A stretch of 48,060 bases of DNA from Candidatus Caldarchaeum sp. (lineage in GTDB: Archaea; Thermoproteota; Nitrososphaeria_A; Caldarchaeales; Caldarchaeaceae). The notes below the pieces were generated by a model. It was not told where the DNA came from, did no database searches, and saw only the letters and a program-made list of their open reading frames with translations. Position 1 is the stretch's first letter. Each line of letters begins with the position of its first letter. The stretch covers positions 1 through 48,060 of the forward strand of contig JAWBKB010000014.1 in assembly GCA_038831915.1 (NCBI GenBank), given 5' to 3'. The translations under genes and the position numbers were made by a program. Shown one piece after another: positions 1-8,433 of the stretch.

Positions 1-87
1 GCACTACAACGACTTTCGATGTCTCTGGGAAACACAAAGGAAGCCAAACAAGAAAAAAGAATACTTTACACAGTCTGGAAAACAATG

Positions 88-258
88 AGAACCCATGAAA
101 GGCTGGAGGCCATACCGGCCTGAACAACAGAGAAAAAACCCATGAGGCCGGTATGACCTGCCTTATAACAATGCAGGTATCCCTGCATTTGACCCTCATA
201 TGAACAGCCGGCCTTTCATGGGTTCTTAAATGTTGTTCTGTTCGGCATACCTCCAGCC
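88..258. repeat. Nested inverted-repeat / structured intergenic element
   Basis: Perfect 16-bp IR 88-103/211-226; second IR 107-121/145-159 (1 mismatch); hairpin ATGCAGG-N4-CCTGCAT 171-188; GGCTGGAGG 101-109 also complements 250-258. Confidence 0.7.
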
Positions 259-343
259 AAACTCTCCCCTATTTTTTCCTCCTTTAAAATTTCTCTAAAC
301 ATGATTTCCAAATCATATATAAGGGGGTTGAAAATTAACCTGC

Positions 344-892
344 ATGCTGCAGATTGGTGTGGGTTGTTCCAGCGACAAATCTCCCTTGTCGGACGCCGTG
401 GTCAAAGCCCGTCGTTTTGGGGAAAGGCTTGCGCGGTATCGTGACAGGGTTGTTTTGTTGACGGGCGGCGATGGTGGGTTGATGCGTGTTGTCTGCGAAG
501 AATTTCAGACACGTGGCGGTATTACGGTCGGCGTCATTCCCTACGAAGATGAATTTATCGATTCATCGCATCCACGATACAATCCATACAACACGATTGT
601 TTTCCGCAGCGGCCAAACTTATCAGGCACGTAGCATCGGGTTGGTGAGGAGCAGCGACTGCTTCGTCATCCTCGGCGGCGGCTCGGGAACCATTATCGAG
701 GCACATCTCGCATACATCTACCGCATTCCGCTCATCGTGGTCACGGGAACCGGTTACCCAAGCGACATGCTCCGGCAAATGCATCCCGACGGTCACCTCG
801 ACCACCGCAAGATTAACGCCGCATATTATATCGAAGACCCTGTCGAAGCAGCTGATAAAGCGGTTGAGCTGGCTGAAAACCGTAAAAAATAA
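344..892 (+). CDS. LOG/SLOG-family Rossmann-fold nucleotide-binding protein (TIGR00725-like)
   Basis: LTGGDGGLM and GGGSGTIIE motifs; AT-rich TATA-like box near 314-322. Confidence 0.85.
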   Translation: MLQIGVGCSSDKSPLSDAVVKARRFGERLARYRDRVVLLTGGDGGLMRVVCEEFQTRGGITVGVIPYEDEFIDSSHPRYNPYNTIVFRSGQTYQARSIGLVRSSDCFVILGGGSGTIIEAHLAYIYRIPLIVVTGTGYPSDMLRQMHPDGHLDHRKINAAYYIEDPVEAADKAVELAENRKK

Positions 893-910
893 CCCATTTG
901 TATTGCGCGT

Positions 911-2140
911 TTAGATTCCTCTGTTGACCTGAAACAGGAAGGAATCGTCGTAGAGCTTTCGGCGTGCGAAGAATTCTCGTGCGACATCTATGGCGCCTTT
1001 GCGTAGGAGCATGGCTCTTCTTACACGTGCGGCAGCGACTTCCTGAGCCACGGCTCTCGCGGTTTTCTTAAAGCCGTCGGCTTCGCTCAAAACCATTTTG
1101 ACGTTGCTGGTGATTTTGTGTTTGATGAGGTCGAATGCTTCAAGCTCTGTCCCGCCTTTGTATTCAACGTAGGAGCCAATCACACCGCCGGCGTTCGCTA
1201 TGAAGTCGGGAATTATCCAGACACCGTTTTCTCTGAGAATTTCCTCTCCTTGCTTGGTTGTTGGGATGTTAGCAGCTTCGACGACGACTTTTATGCCTGA
1301 TTTGACGAGAAGTGGGGCTGTTTCGCTGTTGATGATGTCGGATGTCGCGGCTGGGATGAAGATGTCGGCTGGATGATGGAAAATGTTCTCTTTCGGCTCT
1401 TTCACATATTTCTTGAGGTTGGCGATGTGTACGCATGCTTCCAGTTCCCTCATAATCGTCGGTATGTCGAGGCCGTCGGGGTCATAGATACACGCGGAAA
1501 CATCACAGATAGAAACTATTTTGTACCCCATTTCGTCGAGAAAACGGGCGGTGAAAGAACCCACGTTACCGAACCCTTGAATGGATACAGTTGCCTGTTT
1601 TGGGTCAAGGTTCAAAGTGCCCGTGTTGTTCAGGATTCGAAGAGTCAAATCGGTCGCGACAGCGACTCCGTACCCGGTTGTTCCAAGCTCGTGAGGAATT
1701 CCACCGAGTTCCCGCGGCTTACCCGTGCAGGCTCTCATGTCGCCGATTTCATGAGCGAAAACAGCCATGTCAAGCTCCGTCGTCCCCATATCCGTGGCCG
1801 CGATGTACTGAAGCGGGACATACGGCTTGATCATCTTCGCGAAAGAACGCATCCAACTAACGCGGTCGACTTTCGACGGGTCGCCGATGATACCGCCTTT
1901 CGCACCGCCGAAAGGAAGCCCGGCGAGAGCACATTTCCACGTCATCGTTCGTGCGAGACGAAAAACTTCAACAGGTGTAACTGTTTCGGTGAACCTTATA
2001 CCGCCTTTTCCAGGACCCATAGCGGTGTTATCAATTACCAAAACACCGCGCATTCCTGTGTCGGGGTCATAAGCGAGAACAACTTTTTCAGGACCCCATT
2101 CATCAGCTAGACGCCAAACATCACTATCAACACTGTCCAT
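911..2140 (-). CDS. gdhA: Glu/Leu/Phe/Val dehydrogenase (glutamate dehydrogenase-like)
   Basis: GPGKGGIRF, MTWK, GGAKGG, QGFGNVG, EAAN and PDFIANAGGV motifs. Confidence 0.85.
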   Translation of the reverse strand: MDSVDSDVWRLADEWGPEKVVLAYDPDTGMRGVLVIDNTAMGPGKGGIRFTETVTPVEVFRLARTMTWKCALAGLPFGGAKGGIIGDPSKVDRVSWMRSFAKMIKPYVPLQYIAATDMGTTELDMAVFAHEIGDMRACTGKPRELGGIPHELGTTGYGVAVATDLTLRILNNTGTLNLDPKQATVSIQGFGNVGSFTARFLDEMGYKIVSICDVSACIYDPDGLDIPTIMRELEACVHIANLKKYVKEPKENIFHHPADIFIPAATSDIINSETAPLLVKSGIKVVVEAANIPTTKQGEEILRENGVWIIPDFIANAGGVIGSYVEYKGGTELEAFDLIKHKITSNVKMVLSEADGFKKTARAVAQEVAAARVRRAMLLRKGAIDVAREFFARRKLYDDSFLFQVNRGI

Positions 2141-2243
2141 GAATCAACAACCCGAAACAGCAAATTAAATCTATCACATCATACTCGTTAGAAAAAATTT
2201 GAAACACAAACAATTAATAAGCAATCGTGTTGAGTAAATTTGC

Positions 2244-3284
2244 ATGGTTGTAGAGTCTGACGTCGACAACTCGTTGAAGACAGTGTTGAAACCTGTTCAG
2301 GTCGGTGAAAAACGAATTTCAAACCTGCTTGACGAGATGAAGTTCACCGGTTTTCAGGGAAGAAACTTAGCTGTCGCGGCTGAAGTTTGGGAGAAAGCGT
2401 TGAAAGCAGATAAAACCGTTGTAATGCTCGGCTACGCCGGCTCGTTGAGCACTACTGGTCAGTGGAAGATTGTGAAATGGTTGATCGAGAAACGGTTTGT
2501 CGACGTCGTTGTTTCGACCGGGGCCAATATTTCGGAGGATTTGATAGCCGCTATGGGTTTCAACTACTACGTCGGCACGCCTTACATAGATGACACCATG
2601 CTTCGACGCGCTGGCATTTACAGGTTTCACGACGTTTTCGTCCGAGAAAAAGATTACATCAAAATGGAGGAGATGTTGGCGGATTTCATGTTGACGCTTG
2701 ACGGCAGGAAACCTATGTCGTCGGCTGAATTTCTTTATCTGTTCGGCAAATGGCTGGACAGCCATGGAGTTGATGGAATAGTTACAGCTGCCTACAGAGC
2801 TGGTGTCCCCGTCTTCAGCCCAGCCATCGAAGACAGCGGATACGGAGTCGCATATGTCTACAACCGATATCGAAAACCCGGGTTCAGCCTCGTCCTCGAC
2901 CACTTCAAAGACTATGAACAACTCGTCAAAATCAGAGGAACCCAGCCTGACAGCGCCGCGATTTTCATAGGCGGAGGCGTTCCCAAAGATTTCATCCAGC
3001 TTTCAGCGGTCGCGGTCGACCTGCTGGAAAAAGGAAACCCGTATTTGACGAGGCCGCATAAATACGCCGTCCAAATCACAACCGACAATCCTCACTGGGG
3101 CGGATTGTCCGGTGCAACACTCGAAGAAGGCAAAAGCTGGGGAAAAGAAACGGCAGATGGTTACGCTGTCCAGTGTTTCTGCGACGCGACAATCGCCCTT
3201 CCCATCATCGCACACGCCCTCAACGAAAGAGTCAAGGAAAGAAGACACGCACCGAATCTTTCATGGGTGTTCCAAGAAGTCTAA
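2244..3284 (+). CDS. dys: Deoxyhypusine synthase family protein
   Basis: GFQGRNL, VSTGAN, IGGGVPKDF and GGLSGATLEEGKSWGK (catalytic Lys region). Confidence 0.9.
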   Translation: MVVESDVDNSLKTVLKPVQVGEKRISNLLDEMKFTGFQGRNLAVAAEVWEKALKADKTVVMLGYAGSLSTTGQWKIVKWLIEKRFVDVVVSTGANISEDLIAAMGFNYYVGTPYIDDTMLRRAGIYRFHDVFVREKDYIKMEEMLADFMLTLDGRKPMSSAEFLYLFGKWLDSHGVDGIVTAAYRAGVPVFSPAIEDSGYGVAYVYNRYRKPGFSLVLDHFKDYEQLVKIRGTQPDSAAIFIGGGVPKDFIQLSAVAVDLLEKGNPYLTRPHKYAVQITTDNPHWGGLSGATLEEGKSWGKETADGYAVQCFCDATIALPIIAHALNERVKERRHAPNLSWVFQEV

Positions 3285-3368
3285 ACCATTCCGACCCGTG
3301 TGCATTTCACCCCGAATTGTTTTATCATATTTTTCAAATTCCCGGCTTCATCTATGAAAGCTTGGTCT

Positions 3369-4724
3369 TCAGCTGACGACGAGTATGATAAGGTCTCCGA
3401 CGTTTGTGTTTGTCGGGCCTGTTTTGATGAGGCCGCCGACTTGGTTGAAAAAGCTGTACGAGTCGTTGTTTTCAAGATATGTTATGGGGTTGATGTTTTG
3501 TTTGAGGGCGTTTTTGATTGTCTGTGATGTTGCGGCTGCTCCTGTTGCGTCTGTCGGGCCGTCCACACCATCCGTTCCGATGGATGCGAAGACGTAGTGA
3601 GGAATCTGCTGCATATGAATGGCTGTTGCAAGCACCAGTTCCTGGTTTCGGCCGCCTTTTCCAGCTCCCTTCACCGTCACGGTTGTTTCGCCTCCTGCGA
3701 CCACTGCAGCTGGCTTTCGCAACGGAATTTTGTGCATAGTAATGTCCCAGGCCAAAGCCGCGAAAAGCTTGGCCACTTCACGGGCTTCACCTGTTAAGCC
3801 GCTTGTCAACGCAAGGACGTGGAAACCGTTTTTCCTCATCGATGTTGCAGCGGCTTTAACAGCGTCGACGTTTCCGCCGACAACGATGTTAGTGACTTTG
3901 CGGAAGCATGGGTCGCCGGGCTTAGGTGTTTCGGGAATTCGTCCCTGAATTCCTGATTCGAGTCTCCGCCAAACGTTCTCGGTTGCTTCGACGCCGTGCC
4001 TCCGCAGTATGTTGTATGCGTCTCGGTAGGTTGTGGGGTCTGGCGCGGTAGGGCCTGAACCGATGACATCCACCCTGTCACCTACGACGTCTGAAAGAAT
4101 GAGCGAGATAGTTGTGCAGTTGAGTGTTTTCGCCAGCATTCCGCCTTTGATTTTGGAGAGATGTTTGCGGACCGTGTTTATTTCATGAATAATTGCTCCA
4201 GCCCTCAGCAGCTCTTCGGTCACTTTCCGCTTATCTTCCAAAGTCAATCCATCAGCGGGCAGGGTCATTAACGCGGAGCTTCCACCCGAAACCAAGACGA
4301 AGGCAAGTGATGTCGGGCTGCATTCGGCTGCATGCTGCAGAATTTTTTCCGCGGCCCTTAAGCTTCCTGCGTCCGGTGATGGATGACCGCCATGGACTAC
4401 TTCTAGCGGCCTGAGACCCGTCGCTTCTACTCCACGTGGAACAACTACGACACCTCTCACGGAAAACCCTTTCAACAACTCGAGCATCGCCGAAGCCATC
4501 GGAACAGCTGCTTTACCAGCTGCCAGAACAACAATATCCGAAAACTGTTTCAACGAAATTTTTCGACCGTCGACTATGAGTGTGTTTCTTTTTCGTTTGA
4601 CGTGTGTTTTTATGAGGGTTGATGGGTTGACAGCGGCTAACGCATCCGCTGCTGCTTTCATCACCGCTTTTAATGGTTGTGATTCGCCGAGTCTTCCGCG
4701 TCCGGTTACCTGTAGCTGTTTCAA
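3369..4724 (-). CDS. Glycerate 2-kinase (MOFRL family); start uncertain, possibly ATG 4661
   Basis: AGKAA, SGGSSAL, RKHLSKIKGG, SDVVGD, GGETTV, GGRNQE, TDGVDG and TGPTNTNVGD motifs. Confidence 0.9.
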   Translation of the reverse strand: MKQLQVTGRGRLGESQPLKAVMKAAADALAAVNPSTLIKTHVKRKRNTLIVDGRKISLKQFSDIVVLAAGKAAVPMASAMLELLKGFSVRGVVVVPRGVEATGLRPLEVVHGGHPSPDAGSLRAAEKILQHAAECSPTSLAFVLVSGGSSALMTLPADGLTLEDKRKVTEELLRAGAIIHEINTVRKHLSKIKGGMLAKTLNCTTISLILSDVVGDRVDVIGSGPTAPDPTTYRDAYNILRRHGVEATENVWRRLESGIQGRIPETPKPGDPCFRKVTNIVVGGNVDAVKAAATSMRKNGFHVLALTSGLTGEAREVAKLFAALAWDITMHKIPLRKPAAVVAGGETTVTVKGAGKGGRNQELVLATAIHMQQIPHYVFASIGTDGVDGPTDATGAAATSQTIKNALKQNINPITYLENNDSYSFFNQVGGLIKTGPTNTNVGDLIILVVS

Positions 4725-4786
4725 CTGTGGGTGACGTGTTTCTTGACGGTGAAAAAGTTTTCAACACGTCTGCCGCAGTTGGCTTG

Positions 4787-5635
4787 ATGAGGTTTTTCAA
4801 CCCTTACGTGGGATGGGTTGAATTCGCCGACCCGCCGCAGAGAATTGTGAGCCTCTGCCCGTCGGCGACGGAGATTCTCTTCATGCTTGGTGTCGGTGAA
4901 AAAGTTGTCGGTGTTTCGAGCTGGTGTCATAGGCCGCGGGAAGCTCTTTCAAAACCCAAAGTCGGAAGCTACGTCGACGTCGTGGAGGAAAAACTGAAAG
5001 AACTCAGGCCTGACTTGGTCATCACAACGATAGGGGCGCAAAGAACAATTCTGGAAAAAATTCTCGGTTTCAACATCCCCACATATCCGATTCCGTTCCC
5101 GAAAGATGTTTATGGAATTTTTTCATCGGTTTTGGAGGTTGGTGGGTTGGTGGGAAAACATGACGAGGCTTTGGAGCTGGTTCGGCGGTTGTTGGTGCAG
5201 GTGGATGAGTTGAGGAAGCTTGCGAAGTCATGGACCCGGCCCTCGGTCTACATAGAGATAGACCTTGGAGGCCCAACCATCCCCGCGTACTTCAACCACG
5301 TAACATCGGCGCTGGATCTCGCCGGGCTGAGGAACGTGTTCTCAGACCAGCCGACATCATACCTATATGGAATGAAGGTCGGAGATTATCCTGTTCTCGA
5401 CGTCGCCGAAGAAATTCGTCGGAGAAACCCCGACGTGATTGTCTACGAGTCGAAGAGCTTCCACCCGTCGGATGATGAAGGCATGCGGGTCATGTTGGAC
5501 CGGGGTCTCGAAGATGTTTCAGCCGTAAGAAATGGACGTGTTTTGACCGTTCCCGCGGATACGCTGGCTCACTACGGCCCCTCCTACCTCATTGAATCAA
5601 CACAGGTATTTTGTAAAATCTGGAATTTTTTCTAA
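4787..5635 (+). CDS. BtuF-like cobalamin/iron-complex substrate-binding protein
   Basis: PQRIVSLCPSATEILFMLG, KVVGVS, LRPDLV and NPDVI motifs; in-frame ATG 4787 avoids overlap with the divergent kinase. Confidence 0.8.
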   Translation: MRFFNPYVGWVEFADPPQRIVSLCPSATEILFMLGVGEKVVGVSSWCHRPREALSKPKVGSYVDVVEEKLKELRPDLVITTIGAQRTILEKILGFNIPTYPIPFPKDVYGIFSSVLEVGGLVGKHDEALELVRRLLVQVDELRKLAKSWTRPSVYIEIDLGGPTIPAYFNHVTSALDLAGLRNVFSDQPTSYLYGMKVGDYPVLDVAEEIRRRNPDVIVYESKSFHPSDDEGMRVMLDRGLEDVSAVRNGRVLTVPADTLAHYGPSYLIESTQVFCKIWNFF

Positions 5636-5682
5636 ATACAGCTTGAAAGCAACATCTATAACTTTGGACGATACATGCTATA

Positions 5683-6006
5683 TTGATGGCGAAAGTCGGG
5701 TTTGGATGCCGTGATTGCATTCACTTCCTACCTTATCATCTAATGACCGAGGTCGGAATATGCTCGAATTCTTCCAGCCCTTGTAACGGTAGGACTCGTT
5801 TCGGCAGTGACCCGGCGTGCGACTTTTTCGGTCTTGCGAAAGTGAGCGTGGGCGGTCTCGCGGGAGTCGAATTCTACTGGTGTGCAACTTGCCGTGAAGG
5901 CCTTCACCGCGAGGAGCTTATGAACCATGTCTCGCACAAAGTTCACGCCGGAGCATCTGCGACAGAAGCCGAATACAACGTGGAAAGCACCTGCGCCGGT
6001 GACTGA
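5683..6006 (+). CDS. Small Cys/His-rich putative Zn-binding protein
   Basis: CRDC...C..C..C then CATC-x12-H-x2-H; fills the gap between two + strand genes. Confidence 0.65.
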   Translation: MMAKVGFGCRDCIHFLPYHLMTEVGICSNSSSPCNGRTRFGSDPACDFFGLAKVSVGGLAGVEFYWCATCREGLHREELMNHVSHKVHAGASATEAEYNVESTCAGD

Positions 6007-6072
6007 AACAATAAAGGACAACGGCGTGGTTCGGCGAAACACCTAAAGCAGACAACTTTCTCTTCCGGTTGG

Positions 6073-6696
6073 ATGGATTTCTTTTCGCCCACGTTTTGGA
6101 CAGACCTGACCACGTATGGATACGTGGGTGTTTTTGTTGCAAGCTTGATCGGCAGCCTGCTCCCGTTTGTTTCAGGGCCCTACATTCCGCCCATCGTTGT
6201 GGCGGTTATCGCGGGCAAGCTCGACCCTTTTCCAACAGCTTTGTTCAGCGCAGCTGGCGCGGCCATAGCCAAGCTCGTTCTTTTCCGCTTCTTCAAAAGC
6301 GGCAGAATCCTGATAAACCCTGAAACGCAGAAGCGGCTCGAGCCCTTGGAGAAGCTCGTGGCTAAACACGGCTGGCTAGCGGTCGTCGGCGCGTCAGCAA
6401 CACCTCTTCCCGACGACGTCGTATTCCTCCTCCTCGCAATAACCAACTACAGCAGTAAACTCTTCCTGCCCACCGTGTTCGCGGGCAAACTCATCATCAC
6501 GTCTGCGGTCGCGTATGTGGCGTTTTTCTGGGGAAATCTGGCATGCTACATAGTCGAATGCGTCGTCGGCGAAATCAACATCATCCACACATTATTGATA
6601 GCCGTCGCGACAGCCGCCGCAGCCATGACAGCCGCATACATCCTCACGCGCCTCGACTGGAACAAAATATTCACAAAACTCGGCGTCAAACCATAA
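6073..6696 (+). CDS. DedA/VTT (YqaA-like) membrane protein
   Basis: Hydrophobic helices with GSLLPF, GAAIAK, ATPLPDD and FAGK motifs. Confidence 0.8.
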   Translation: MDFFSPTFWTDLTTYGYVGVFVASLIGSLLPFVSGPYIPPIVVAVIAGKLDPFPTALFSAAGAAIAKLVLFRFFKSGRILINPETQKRLEPLEKLVAKHGWLAVVGASATPLPDDVVFLLLAITNYSSKLFLPTVFAGKLIITSAVAYVAFFWGNLACYIVECVVGEINIIHTLLIAVATAAAAMTAAYILTRLDWNKIFTKLGVKP

Positions 6697-6721
6697 AAGA
6701 AACCATGCATAGGATTTTTCC

Positions 6722-6837
6722 GCGGGGGTAGCCAAGCCTGGTCAAATAAGCCCTGCACAAGCCAGGGCAAAACCAGCGGCGGCAGGCTCAAGACCTGCTC
6801 CCGAAGGGGTTCGTGGGTTCAAATCCCACCCCCCGCA
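6722..6837 (+). tRNA. tRNA-Leu(CAA) with a ~31-nt non-canonical D-loop intron (~6747-6777)
   Basis: Acceptor GCGGGGG/CCCCCGC+A; anticodon arm GCAGG-CTCAAGA-CCTGC; long variable arm; T arm GTGGG-TTCAAAT-CCCAC; extra hairpin GCCCTG/CAGGGC in the D arm. Confidence 0.93.
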
Positions 6838-6929
6838 CGGGGAGCAGCGTTCACGTACCTGGCGTCTGTGATTATAGCACTCGAGTGTTGTTATACAATC
6901 GATGACTTTTGTTTTTAAAGCCGGTAAGA

Positions 6930-7149
6930 ATGTTGACTAGAGATAGGGTTCTGTGGGAGAAAGATGGTGGGAGTTGGTTGAATGGTTTTTAGAGATTTTT
7001 TAGGCAGGAATAACATGTAAAACCTACTCAAAGAAGGGAAGGTTGTGAAATAGCTGGTTGACAACATCTTGGGCCTTTTGGTTCATCTGGCTGGCAAGCT
7101 TAATTCTCATCGACTACTTTAAAAAGTTGTAAGTGCTCGGACAAGGTGA
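6930..7149 (+). pseudogene. IS607-type serine recombinase (TnpA) C-terminal remnant
   Basis: Across shifted frames: MLTRDR, WELVEWF and LVDNILGLLVHLAGKL resemble the IS607 TnpA pattern (DRL-RFGFE; ELVEDL...FAGKLYG); contains stops and frameshifts. Confidence 0.5.
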
Positions 7150-7177
7150 TAATTAAACGTCTTATCTGGATAAAATT

Positions 7178-7520
7178 GCCCGGAAGAGGAAAAAATGGGG
7201 GGGAGTTTGACTGGTGGCCCTCTTCCGGGCGTCGTCGGCGGTCATCGGAGTCGTTGTTTTCTCCGCCCAAGGCTTTCTCCGGGTAGCCTGGCAGGCTCAA
7301 GACTTGACACCCTATTTTCCGTCGACGGCGCGAGGGGTTCCGCCGGCGGCCGGGGTGTCTCGGCTGCCCCATCCGAGGTCATGGGAGAAAGGTTCATAAG
7401 CCGCAAACCACCCAAAGCCCCCGGGGGCTCCAGTCCCCGGTGGGTTGGGTGGCCTGCGGCCTCCCCAACCCCTCCCAGGGATGGTATTCCCCCTTGGAGG
7501 CTTTGGGCGGGGGTCTCGCT
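7178..7520 (-). ncRNA. GC-rich structured region at the tnpB 3' end (candidate omegaRNA / IS right end)
   Basis: Sharp GC rise; 12-bp perfect IR 7178-7189/7219-7230; long-range stem 7263-7273/7500-7510; position matches known TnpB omegaRNAs. Confidence 0.5.
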
Positions 7521-8426
7521 TGCTTGTTTTCCCAGTTTTGTGCTGGACAATGTCTGTTCATATTTTCGGAGTTCTTGCCCCAAGTTGTTGGTTAGGTATT
7601 GTAGTCCGCTGGCTACGGCAGCTGTTCTTGCTAGGTTGACTATTGCTATGTTGTCTCTGTCGTCGTTCATTCCGCAGAACGTGCACTGGACTCTTCGTCT
7701 TCCGGCGTCGATCATCATCCTGCTACATCGTGGGCAGATATGGCTGCTGTACTGGGGTGGAATTTTTAGTATCGGTATGTTTTTGTTGACGCAGGCTGCT
7801 ATGATTCTTCTCTGTAGTTTCGCCGGCATCCATGTCGAATACCTAGCTGACGCGTCTGGGTCTTTGCTCTTCAGCTTTCTTTTCAACGCTTCGTTGTTAA
7901 GGTCTTCTATCACTACTGCATCCACCTTTTTTCCAGCAGCCACAACCGCGTGTACGGTGTCGCTAACCCACTGATGTTCTCTCGCCTTCAGATACCTGAG
8001 CCAGCTACTCGCAGGACGTTTGTGGATGCGCATCGAACGTCTGTTGACTCTTCTGACGAATGATATCAGATGTACTGGTCTATGAATCCTCGTTCTGTTC
8101 AACACCCTCAAGTAGTCGCCGAGCTCTATCAAGCCTAATGCTACATCGCAGACCCCTATGTCGACTGTCAGCAGCAGAAGTCTTCCTTTCCCCGCGTATG
8201 TTGTCAGTAGCGTTGGCAACGTTCTCGTGGCGGAGTTCATCGTTTTCTGCAAGCATTTGTGCAGCAAGCCACAGTATAGGTTTAAAGAGGTCAGTTGTTT
8301 TAAAACTGGGATGACATGGTGGGTCAGTTGGAGAACATAAGTTCTGACCTGTACTATACATCTTATTGCCCTATGGAGAATAAACCCCTCTAAATAAACC
8401 GGGCCTAAAACTCTAAGACGGCCCAA
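7242..8426 (-). CDS. tnpB: TnpB (IS200/IS605/IS607) RuvC nuclease, N-terminally short; alternative start ATG 8240
   Basis: RuvC-I LTVDIG, RuvC-II VVIEDL, YSSHICPRC...CTFC zinc ribbon, RuvC-III DRDNIAIVNL. Confidence 0.85.
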   Translation of the reverse strand: MGRLRVLGPVYLEGFILHRAIRCIVQVRTYVLQLTHHVIPVLKQLTSLNLYCGLLHKCLQKTMNSATRTLPTLLTTYAGKGRLLLLTVDIGVCDVALGLIELGDYLRVLNRTRIHRPVHLISFVRRVNRRSMRIHKRPASSWLRYLKAREHQWVSDTVHAVVAAGKKVDAVVIEDLNNEALKRKLKSKDPDASARYSTWMPAKLQRRIIAACVNKNIPILKIPPQYSSHICPRCSRMMIDAGRRRVQCTFCGMNDDRDNIAIVNLARTAAVASGLQYLTNNLGQELRKYEQTLSSTKLGKQASETPAQSLQGGIPSLGGVGEAAGHPTHRGLEPPGALGGLRLMNLSPMTSDGAAETPRPPAEPLAPSTENRVSSLEPARLPGESLGRRKQRLR

Positions 8427-8433
8427 GCAGGCT

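Noticed and set aside
20-85. ORB-like origin boxes (GGAAAC...AAGG)
   Set aside because: Weak match, with no cdc6/orc1 gene in the window.
7200-7214. GGGGAGTTTGACTGG resembles large-subunit rRNA near the P-loop
   Set aside because: Only ~15 nt, recalled from memory, with no flanking rRNA similarity or C/D boxes; likely chance.
7178-7520. SRP RNA or RNase P RNA identity for the GC-rich region
   Set aside because: No SRP helix-8 or RNase P P4 consensus found, and it lies within a mobile island.
7195-7974. 259-aa plus-strand ORF
   Set aside because: Antisense to tnpB and the GC-rich structured region; no recognisable domain.
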